64,000 bases of DNA from Rotaria socialis (Eukaryota), in the NCBI GenBank assembly GCA_905331295.1, contig CAJNYD010000033.1, positions 1 through 64,000 on the forward strand, written 5' to 3'. The notes beneath the pieces are model-generated. The model was not told where the DNA came from. It saw nothing but the letters and a program-made list of their open reading frames with translations, and did not search any database. Positions 44,201 through 55,336 of the stretch are shown here, one piece after another. Each line of letters starts with the position of its first letter. The stretch's first letter is position 1. The position numbers and the translations under genes were made by a program.

Positions 44201-47200
44201 AAAAGCTTCTTGACGAAATGCCGAATAATTACCGAGACGAAAATATTGTATTGGCATCGGCAATACATATGTTAATGAAATTCGGTGATGTTAAAGGTGC
44301 TGAAGATATTTTTCAATCAATTAAAAAGAAACATATTGTTGCTTATGGTGCTCTTTTAAATGGCTATAATTCAAATGATGATCCATCAAAATGTTTTAAG
44401 ATTCTGACAGAAATGCAAGATCTTGATATTATTCCCAATGAGATTATATGGAATATATTAATCGGTGCATGTTCACAAATCGGTATGCTTTTGAAAGGTC
44501 AATATATTGTTGATCAAATTCCTTTGCATATGCAAACTAAAAAACAAATACAAAACTCTTTAATTGATATGTGGGTAAATAATAATAATCAAAAAATATT
44601 GAGCATTTTTGATTTTGTTCATTCATTTTTTGTTTTGTTCTTTTGTAGGGTAAATGTGGTTCAGTTAAAAATGCCGAAGATGTATATAAATCAGTTTCTG
44701 ATCGTGATGCAATCACTTACAATGCAATGAGTAAGGAAATTTAATTTTATTGGAATATTCTTTTGATTATGGGACTTTATTTTTTTCAAGTTAATACATT
44801 TGGCCGTAATGGAATGGGTTTCGAAGCTATTAAACTATACAGAGAGATGCCGAATAATCTACGTGATGAAATTTCACATATTTGCATTTTAAACGCATGT
44901 TCTCATTCGGGTCTTCTTGATCAGGCTCAGATAATCTTCAACGAAATTCCAATCAAAACAGAAAGAATCATCACTATCATGGTCTATTGTTTTCTATAAT
45001 TAATTACATTTCATATTACTAATTAGTTTAGTATTTTAGATTGATTGTTTAAGTCGTTTGTTTGTATTTGATGAAGCACAAAAGTTAATAGATGATTATG
45101 AAAAAACGAACGCGCCATATTTTGTTATGTATAGTAAGTATTTTTCATACTATTAGTAAGATGAAAAAGAATGTAATGTTCAATGAAGACATGAATTGTT
45201 TCATTGGTTCTGAGCGATTTTCGTTTAAGAAACATAGAGATTTTTAAGTCTTTAGTCATACATGTTTCCTAAAAATATATTTGAGATACAAAAATACTGT
45301 AATTACAGCCAGTCCAAAAAGTATCCGCGCATCCCTATGTTTTTTTCGTATTTCTTAGTTTGTAAAGCAGAAATCAAACTTTTATATTTTTGCCAAGTAG
45401 ATAGTTCTTACTTCGAACGAGGTTCTCTATAAAAACAAATCATCAATTTTGACAATCATTTTAAATTTGGGAATGTCTCCTGAAAATGTTCGGTTTTTGA
45501 ATATGCTAGGCGATCGCTTTGGTAACATCAGAATTGGGAAAGCGAAAATTAATCGAGAATTTTATGGAAAAAAAATAAAATGTTCAACTGAATAAATGAA
45601 CTAAAGCATTAATAAAAGAAAAAGGAAGACATCATTGCAGAAATACAGATCACTACAACGAAGCGTATGTTGAGAGTGTGTGGATGCGAGTGGCGTCGGT
45701 TTCAAGAAGATTCACCCTGATAGCTATGCTCACTGTTTAATTTATCGGTTGTCCGTCTTGGGATTATTTTTTTTTCTGGGAAAATATGACGTGTAGTTTA
45801 ATCATCATATGGAACTAGGCGAAAAAGTAAGAAGTAATAGAGGCAGCTTATATCCAAATTTGTTTTTCATTGCATGGTGCTGACTATTGTGTTTTTTTTT
45901 CTTTTTTACTATGAATTAGTCGACTATTTTTCGTATCGACCAATTCTCGTCGATCCGTTTCCAGCATTGATAGTTATAGACCTCGTATATATTTTTCATG
46001 CCGAATATGTTCAGTTTTGAAAGCTCTTTTCGAATCTATTTTCAGATTTCCACTAACACAAGACAACTCTGTAATTGAGTTGGAATTGTCAAGAGTTGGT
46101 TGAAAAAAACTTGAAAATTTGAATTTTTTGCCAATTCCGAAACCTTTCTTTAATACTCCCATAAATTCCTACCACAGGTACGGATAGCACGAAACAAATT
46201 GGTCTTGACTGATATAAAGCATCCATAGGTAATTGTATTCTTCATCAGGGGAAATATCAACTTTCATACTATACTTCAGGAATTGGTGCACTCTATGTCA
46301 TAGTGTTCCACAGATTCAGATTTTTCTATCGTTATCTATCTTACTGTTACCCGTGCCAGACCCGCCGGTTGCAATATTCTCTCTCACGTTCGATACATTT
46401 CATGATGATAATGTACTTGAATAGTATCAAAAATTAGTTTCGCAGACTCATCCCTTTATGAGCAATCTAGATATATAAGTTTTATAATCTACAAGAGATG
46501 AAAAATATTTATTTTAAAATTCAAAAAAATTTGCACGCATTTTAGTATGAAAGATGAAGTTTTAGTGAAAATGAACCATTGAAGACGATTAAAAAAATCT
46601 AATTATGTATAAAAGAAATGAACAAAAATTTGCTTCAATTTAGTATGACTTTCATTTTCTATGAATGCATTGCTCATTTTTCTTATTTCAGTGGCTTTAT
46701 TATCGGGTGCACGTAATAATCGCAATATGACATTATCTGAAAAGATATATAATCGAATGAAAACTTTATTTCCTGATCAGAAACAAGGTCTTCTATCTGG
46801 TTCAATTCTTCTCTCAAATGTTTACTCGTCTTTGGGTAAATACGAGCAAGCAAAAAATCTTCGATATCATGAAAAAAAAGAATTAGGAGTGAAAGTAAAA
46901 ATTGGTTTATCATGGACAGAAGTGTATGGCGAGCTAGTGGTAAAGTATTTCTGTTAAACGCTAAAATGAGAAGATAATTTGTCGACCTTTTAGAGGTTTA
47001 AAGCTCATGATCATTCTCATCCGCGATCATCAGAAATCTATGCTGAATTTGATCGTTTATCATCTATCTTGATTAAATATAATTATAAATTTGATTCCAC
47101 TTGGATAACTCGTCAAATGAATGAAGAAGAAACAATAGAATCTGTTTTATGTGGTCATAGTGAAAAATTAGCCATTGGTTTTAATTTAATCCAAAAGCCT

Positions 47201-47432
47201 ATTCCAGAATTTATTCAAATTACTAAAAATCTTCGTGTTTGTGGTGATTGTCGTAAGTTAATATTGTTTTTTGTTTGTTATAATTTCAATTGTTCTTAAT
47301 AATTATTTTATTTCAGATGAATTTACAAAACTTATAGCGAAATTTTATCAACGTAATATTATTGTTCGTGATGCAAATCGTATCCATCATTTTTATCCAA
47401 ATGGGCAATGTTCTTGTCAAGATCATTTCTAG
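41212..47432 (+). CDS. PLS-class pentatricopeptide repeat protein with E1/E2 and DYW-type cytidine deaminase domain (11 exons, ~839 aa)
   Basis: Exons 41212-41542, 42272-42358, 42412-42711, 43716-44015, 44063-44574, 44649-44730, 44791-44981, 45040-45133, 46692-46939, 46994-47252 and 47317-47432 splice to 2520 nt without internal stops. The protein has P-L-S triplets, [54 protein letters not shown] and RDANRIHHF...CSCQDHF. Confidence 0.93.
42720..43673. mobile_element. Decayed Tc1/mariner-type MITE in intron 3 of the PPR-DYW gene
   Basis: TAGGGTGTCCGGAAAATCAT at the left and ATGACTTTTTGAACACTATA at the right, with further inverted similarity (~90 bp) and TA flanks. Removing it leaves a ~50-nt intron resembling intron 4. 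Confidence 0.65.
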
Positions 47433-48352
47433 TAGTTGAGCAATAAAACTGAGAATTTCGTCGCTGAAAATAATCATGATTATTATTTACACTAAATAAA
47501 ATTCTCTTGACCAATTTGTTGAATTTTTTTTTCTACCTTGACAATAGAGATCAGCGGAGTCGCACTATTTGATTCCTAAACCCGACCCGATTCCGAAAAA
47601 AATATTTTTTTCGATTCCGACTCCGGAAAACCCCTACTTTCTTTTGCAGCTTAGTGACATCTAATTCATATCAAATGTTTGATATTCTGAAAGGATATAT
47701 AAGTAAATGAATCAATAAGGAACGAACAGTGCATATTGTCATAGAATTCATTTCTTTACGTTTGTTTTCGAAAGTAAAAACTATTATGAATAAAAAGCAT
47801 TTAACTACCCAGTCAGACAAAAGTCTTCGAAAAACGCGTTATAACACGTTAAAACGCTGTTTTAATGAAATCTTAACGTGTTTTAACATGATACACGCAT
47901 AAATATTTAACTCTTTCATGTTGTAACGCTTTGAGTAGCTGCCAAATTCGAGTTCGAATATAAACGAAATTTTCCAAAATTTTCATCAGCTCCGATCCAT
48001 AGAAAGAAAAAGATTAACTTTCTGCTATACTTTCCTGTTAGAATAGGAAAATAGGAAAACCTTTTTTTCATGAGGGTGTGGGCGTGTGTCTTGTTATATA
48101 CCCTCATGCCCAGGCCCACCCATACCCCAAAATGTGAAATTATATAAAAACTCCTATTTTATTCAGCTTATTGGCGTCGAGATTACTTTCTATAAGATTA
48201 CTATGATGTGGCAGGGGCGTGAATATAATGGAGCCCTACACCCCCTAGTTTTGAACATTTTATCTTGTATTTGTCAACGAAAGCGAAAAAATTGCTCTTT
48301 TAGGGACGCTTTAGCGTCGGATATACACGAACAAAGATGTGGTACCGCTGTG

Positions 48353-50021
48353 CAGAGGTGCAGAATCTACCCGTGTGCGCGTACGGCCGTGTGGGGAAAA
48401 TTTTGCAAGCCTAAGCATCGGGGGAAATTTTTGGAAAAATATTTTCTCTTCTCAGCGTGCAGGGGCAAGTATTTTTCCAAACGAATCTTGTTTTATTTAT
48501 ATGTGCATGTGCATCGATTATATCATGCATCTTTCTTCTTTTATTTTATGTAAATTTTGAAAGAATCATCCATTTCTTACTCACGGTTTCAGTATATTCT
48601 TCTTTGTTTGACGCTGATGATGCGTCGCACTACTGTTTATCTTTCGCTCTTTCTTGGGCGTAACTATGATGCAAAAACGGCTATTTGTTTTCTCCTCTTT
48701 TCGTTTTGTTTCTCCCTAACCGAATGCCATTAGTTGTTGTCTTTTCTCTATAGCTACATATCGTTGTAATTGTGTACTCCTATACATATACAAGCGCTAT
48801 GATGACTAATCTACAATCATAGAACAGATGACGCATAATATGATCCTTGTCACTCGCAAACCTTTTCTTTTCATTCATTTTTGTTTCGCTTCCTCTTAGT
48901 TTTTAGAATATTTAGCATGTCTGAATAATAGAAATGTATTCTAGTAAATAGCAGGTATCATGTTTTTATTGTGGATGAGTGGGAAGAAAAGATAACGCAA
49001 ACGTACATTAGAAAAAAAAACACCATAAGGAAATATTTAAATTAACGATTCATAAAAATAACTTAACCAGATATCATTGTGATAAAGAAACAACTGAAAG
49101 TAGCAGAACAATTACCAGTGTTGATTATGAGGATGCTAATAAATTTGAAAAGTAACAGCAAGAAAATGTCATTCTATAATCTCCTGGCGTAGCAAAATCC
49201 ATAAATCAGCACTGCCACTTCACCTTCAATATTAACGTAGAAAAAAACAACAGAGAATCATCATCATCATCATCATATGCACAAGTGGGTGATGTGATAA
49301 TGACGGGATTCTATCAAATACTGAGATGATTTCTTGATACTGAGAGGTTTAAAAATCAATAATAATTTAGAGACAATCACGATTATGCCTTGTTCTATCT
49401 GGAAAAGACAACCACCAAAACATTTATTAAGTGTCATAAAATTTCATGTGAGATATTTCAACATATTAAACAGAAAGTAAATGAACTTCTATCACCCCGA
49501 TTTCAAAGTTTAAAAGCTAATGTGGAATTACACTTTTTAAACAAATCACATACTGTATACATGATGTGCACAAGAACAAAATGAAAGACAACAAACATTG
49601 AAGATTTTCTTAAAAAGAATGAAAAAGCTAGATTGACTGTTTACAGAGTTGCTTTGTTTTTATTCGAAGCAGTTTAGGTGGTGTTAGATTTGTTGATACG
49701 CTAAATCTACAAGAGTTATATGAAGCACCTGTTGGTACATATAGATAAATTCAATTTTTTTCTGTAATCTTTACATGAAGTATATAAGCTGCTTCTGTTA
49801 TATTTAGACAGTCGGTAGGTTTTTGAGAAACTTAGAACATCAATGGCAAGAATTATGAAAGAACAAGTCATAGACTATTGACAATTTTTTTAAGGATATA
49901 CCTACATCTTAAACGAGAATTCCTTGCTTTATTATTCAATTTTATAGTGGGGGAAATTTCCCAAAAAGAAAAGTTCCGTGTGGGGAAATTTTGTATTTTT
50001 TCGGCAGATTCTGCACCCCTG
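48353..50021. mobile_element. Non-autonomous hAT-like element
   Basis: TIRs CAGAGGTGCAGAATCT...AGATTCTGCACCCCTG. Subterminal GTGGGGAAA repeats at both ends. The 8-bp flanks CCGCTGTG/CACTTGTG are a degenerate target-site duplication. Confidence 0.65.
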
Positions 50022-50870
50022 CACTTGTGATATCTATGCAAGTATAAACGTCAGAAGATACATTCATGACATAAATGACTTATAATTATAATAGGTAGTT
50101 TTTTTAAACTGAATTTACTTCTTCTATGAAAAATGAGCTTTACACAAAGTTGTCACTAAATAACGATAGCTCGTTGGAAATAGTTACTCATGTGGATAAC
50201 ATGGGTAACCAGAATTACATTTTACTAAAAAATGTAGTGATTTTTCCCGAAAATATCTCGCGCTTAGCACATTTAAAAGTAGTTCTTAGAATTCAACAAG
50301 CAAGTCTGAGTGCGTTCTGTATTATTTGAACATTTATTATCGACTCAAAGCTAAAAATGATATGGATATTTTAACGAGTAATCCCATTTTTACAATTGAA
50401 TTAGGTACACATTAAACTCTACTTTGTGTAATTCCTTTGATATCTGGTAAGGCGTTCTAAAACTTTCGTCATACAATACAATGCAGCTATACAGAGTAAT
50501 AAAATACAGTTACTATCTACTTCAATAATAAATGCGCAGTTCTGAAAAGTAAAACTTCAATGGGCAAGTCTTCAATTGAAATGGACAATTGCCCATTTCC
50601 CCCTCCCTTGGTTACGCCGCTGCATGTTGTGAATACCGAAGCAGTTGTTGCGGTAAATCGTGATATTTATCCTTCATGTGGTGAATTACACTGATATACG
50701 GATATGAAGATAGATATTTACTGCCTGTTGGCTAACACCATCTATCATTGTTTTGATTGGCTTGCTACAAAACTAGATTTGTCCATCATATAATCAGTAG
50801 TTTTTATTTCATTTTGTTCTATTTTGTTTTGTTTACTAGTGCTAGTTATCAAAGATTATACATATTTTAG

Positions 50871-51675
50871 ATGCTGGTTCGAAAGTTATTTAATCGGCAA
50901 TCATTTGCCATCTCATCTGCTACACTTGGCCGTTGTATTTCGACAAGTTCATATCGTTTAGCATCGGATAAAGAGTTTGTTCATCGTGACACGCCACAAA
51001 ACAATCTCGATGTGAAATTTGACTTTACACCTGACAATTATAAACGAGTCAATGCTATTACTGCTATGTACCCTGAAGGACATAAAACAGCAGCTGTTAT
51101 ACCTTTACTTGATCTAGCTCAACGTCAACATCAAGGTTGGTTACCACTGTCAGCAATGAATAAAGTAGCTGAAGTTCTTAAAATGCCTCGAATGCGTGTA
51201 TATGAAGTATGCTGATTTGAAAAGAAAGACATTTGATTTGATTTCCTTTCGATTAACAATTTAGGTTGCTACTTTCTATACAATGTTTAATCGCAATCCA
51301 ATTGGAAAATATCACATTCAAGTATGTACAACAACTCCATGTTGGCTATGCAATTCGGATGGCATTTTAAAAACAATTGAAAAAAAATTAGGTATTCACG
51401 TTGGTCAAACAACACCGGACGGTCTATTTACTTTAGTCGAAGCTGAATGTCTTGGCGCTTGTGTTAATGCACCGATGTTATCGATCAATGATGATTATTT
51501 TGAAGATTTAACAGAAAAGGAAATTAGCGATATTTTAGATGAAATTAAAAAAGGTGGAAAACCAAAAGCTGGCCCAAGATCAACCCGTTTTGCAGCTGAA
51601 CCGACAGGTGGACTCACTTCATTAACTGAACCTCCCAAAGGACCTGGATTTAGATTACGTAAAGAACTTCAATAA
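50871..51675 (+). CDS. NDUFV2: NADH dehydrogenase (ubiquinone) flavoprotein 2, 24-kDa complex I subunit (intron 51207-51264)
   Basis: Mitochondrial presequence; [35 protein letters not shown]; 2Fe-2S cysteines in CTTTPC and [21 protein letters not shown]. Confidence 0.97.
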
Positions 51676-52277
51676 ACTTCTATCCTTTTTCTTTAAAAAA
51701 AAGTGTGTGTGTATAAATACAGCGGATTAGAGTATAAAAGAGTTCCTATTATAAAACGATTATTTGTCTTCATTTTCAAAAAACAATGTAAAGTCGTATT
51801 TTTATCGTTTGAACGATCGTGGAGGATAAAAAGAAAAAGAAAATACGATGTTTTTGCAGTAGAATAATTGAATTCAAATTTGAAAGACTGATTTCACTGC
51901 ATCTCTGTGATTAAAGAACAGTAGAGTACTTGAAGAACGTTTATTAGCAATGTGTTTTTTGGATTTATTTTCTATGACAATTATCATCTAGATCAGCCTA
52001 AGATAGTGATCTTAATAAACGATGACATTTTATATTTTCCTCGTATTCTATATCAAGAATATTTTTTAGCGTCATTTAGATAGAAAATTTCTTTTGCTAT
52101 CGAAATCACTTTTTTAAATTCAAGCTCGGTACTAAACATTATGGTAGCTATTCTGAAATATTCATACTATTGATTTTTTTCCATCGTCTTACATATTTCT
52201 TGAAACATAATTATTAAAATTTGATTACTTTCATGTAAAATTACAATTGCCAATGGAACTAACATGTATATCCGAAG

Positions 52278-52542
52278 CAGTGGCATAGCCAGGATGTTTT
52301 AAGTAGATGGCAATAGTGGGCAATTAAAAACTCTAGTTAGCAATAACTTTTGTTTTAAATATCTGCATTATGGAAGCCGTTATTTACTGGAAGAGATTGA
52401 AAATTGATTTTTGTAAATCACTTGATTAAATTTCATCAAGAGAAAATGTGTTGAAATAAAACATTCCTTAAATCTTTAAATGTACACAGGTTTTAATATT
52501 TTTTAACAATGGGCAATTGCGAAGCTGCTGTCTACGCCACTG
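52278..52542. mobile_element. hAT-like MITE
   Basis: CAGTGGCATAGCCAG...CTGTCTACGCCACTG with 8-bp flanks ATCCGAAG/ACCCGAAA. A related solitary end (GTTACGCCGCTG) lies near 50611-50622. Confidence 0.65.
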
Positions 52543-55336
52543 ACCCGAAAGAAGATTTCAGGAGTTGTCTCACACTTTCAAATAATTTTTGCAAGGAGAA
52601 TATATGTAACAGAATAATATCTTAATCAATTTTTACATATTTAGACTTGCCAGAACATATGATAATTTTCATCTTTGCATTCGCTCCCTTTCATAAGTTA
52701 ATATCATGTGAAAATAGTAAATTGCAAATGCTATCATGAACAACAGGTACTAAGTCATTTAGGCCGAATGAAAAATCTTTTTTGTGAGTCTCTTGGTTGG
52801 CACAGTTAGTGCTAAAAGTTTTCTTGTCAATCGCTTAGCAACTATTCAATGGTATATCTTTGATTGGTGTCAACAGGAAGGCTCTTCGACAGCTAATGTC
52901 TGACTCTTGTGAATCATCGATATAGTTTATTTTATTTTGAATAGTATCGTCCTCCTTATTAGTCAAGATAGTTTATTTGCTATCAGATTATAGATGAAAC
53001 TTGGTAAAAGCTATAGAAAATTGTTTCAAATCCGCTCTCCTTTTGTTTCTGAATCAGTTTTTTAAGTCGAAATTATGAGCAAGAGAACGTCAACCATAAA
53101 GTTTCATGTAGTGCATATCAAAACCGACAACTTCTCACTATCATAAAAGAAAAAGAGATGACTATCATGCACTTGTGTCGCTAATTTACCATTTCTATCA
53201 TTCATCGATTCTTTCACAATAATTTTAGTGTTTCAGATGGTATTATTAAGGGAATGCTTGAAAGAACTGACTGATGATTATCGATCTTGCGAGTCATTTT
53301 GTACGGATAGAGGATGCGTGAAAGAAAAAAAAGGACGAGCATCAGAAGAGGTTTTTGAAGTAACCTGATAGGAGACACGGTTCATTCATAAACAGTGATA
53401 ATTCATCCATCTAAAATGCATGACTCGTTTTTATGAAACTATTAATTTACAATTTAAGAGAATCTACTGCAAATCATGATGTTAAATACGAGACATCGAT
53501 GTAGGATTTGATCTATTCATCTACTATGATTTATGTTGCTGTTGTTTGAGAAAAGTACGGATCTGAAATCACCTAAACTCATAAGAACCTTCCTTTCTAA
53601 AAAAAAAAAGAAACGAAAACATTCTATTAAGTGTCTCAAATGTACAGTTAATGGTGATAATGTATTTTTTATTATCTTAATTTATACAGGTATTATAGTT
53701 TTTATAGGTAAGATGAAAACATTTGACATAAAAAGAATCTTTTAAAACGATCACAGTGAAATCTATTGGACAGCATGGTTTATTATCAAAAACAATTACA
53801 AGCTTAAATGAACTACATATGAAAAATCTATGACGAATCAAATTAACGAGTAAAATATCTTCAGGAGCAACAGTTACCACGAGAGTATATACAACTGCTT
53901 GATATTTATTCTAGCTAATCACACAGGTATATAGAAAATACAGACATTATAGTGAAACATTTTTTGTTCTATACTTGGCATTCATTCTTTATAATTTTAT
54001 TCCATAGTGATTATAGAGTTAATAAATATGATTTTCATAGTATTTGCATCATGATAAATGGTGTTGATTGCAATCCAGGAATTTGTTTCTTTATTGATCC
54101 TTGATATAATCTGTATACACCATCTAAACAATTGATATTTTCATTCTGAAAAGTAACTTTACGACTTCAATATTTTTGTATTATTTCCCATTGGTTCGAT
54201 GAACATATTTGAAAGACTATTGTATTATTTATACTTGAAAAACAACCAAATATAATCAATCCTATACAAAGAATACCGGCATTCTAACTTATAAAACAGT
54301 AGCACTAACAGAGGCAATTTCGTATCCAATTATAACAATAACAATAACATTTTCAGCTGTAAATTGATATGGCTAAATCTCGGTAGCTTTGCGTCAATCA
54401 GAAAAATAATGTCTGTTTATCTCTAGGCTTTATTTAGACTGCATTCGTTTCATAGTTAAGTATTGTACCAGTATTGACTCTAACTGGGATATTTTTTGGA
54501 TCAGAGTCCATGTGTTTCTCTAAGTAAGCTTCAGCAAATGGCCTTGTGCTCTGACTTGATCTTCCCAAAACATCTATTCTAGATCAATACAATATTCTAT
54601 TGGACCTCGCAGAACACATATCAAAGCTGAAGAAAATAGAACACGTCAACACTTGAAGCGCCCACTTTTTTAGGTTGAACTATAGAAAGAGACTAATTAG
54701 TGACGTGTTTTCTTTTACCAAGTATCTTAATTTATTTGTTTTCTTTTGCTTAGCATCATTGTCAAAAAGGGTGCCATAATCTTGAAAGGTTACAATGTGC
54801 CCGAAATTATTGCATATGGAACCGCCTTCGTTGTTATATGCGTATCTATCCGATCAAGAGAGTTTTCTTAATGAAAAACTGACAGATGGTAAAAGAAAAG
54901 AAGAAAAAAAATATATATTCAAAAATTTCAATATTTATTACGATGACTAGATGATAAATTCTTTACATTATCCTATTATTTAACCGAAATTTAATATATA
55001 TATATATATACAACTGATTAAAGTTGCAACATACTTGATTTAATATAACGGTTCATCTTTATGGGACGATTAATCTATTTGTTAAAAAATAAACTCACAT
55101 GTACAAAAACGAACTATTAATAAAATCCCAAATACACGCCGCGTTTGTTTTTCAAATCTATCAATTGACAATAAATATAGTGACGAGTTTGTTTAAAACA
55201 TATTGTATTGTGCGTAAGTGCATGAGTGTATGTGTGTGTGTGTGTGAGTGAGTGTGTGAGCAAAAGTGTGTTTCTTTGACAGAATTTTCGAGAAAAAAAA
55301 ATGCTAAAAGTCAAAAGAAGAAAACTGACTATATAA

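Noticed and set aside
45305..46430. Possible Tc1-like end (TACAGCCAGTCCAAAAAG) and coding-like patch in PPR intron 8
   Set aside because: No matching second TIR or transposase motif could be found by eye.
29899..47432. Argonaute and PPR-DYW as a joint RNA-guided editing operon
   Set aside because: They are ~6 kb apart with an unrelated pseudogene between them and have different predicted compartments; eukaryotic adjacency alone is not evidence.
48086..48663. 155-aa and overlapping ORFs
   Set aside because: They span the end of a hAT-like element, have no recognisable domain and are probably chance ORFs in GC-richer TE sequence.
50860..50873. TTTTAG immediately before the NDUFV2 ATG as a trans-splice acceptor
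   Set aside because: Cannot be distinguished from a 5' UTR cis-intron or chance without cDNA.
53744..54380. Protein-like fragments on the minus strand (YQFTAENVIVIVIIGYEIASVSATVL...)
   Set aside because: Many stops and no recognisable family; cannot be supported as a gene or pseudogene.
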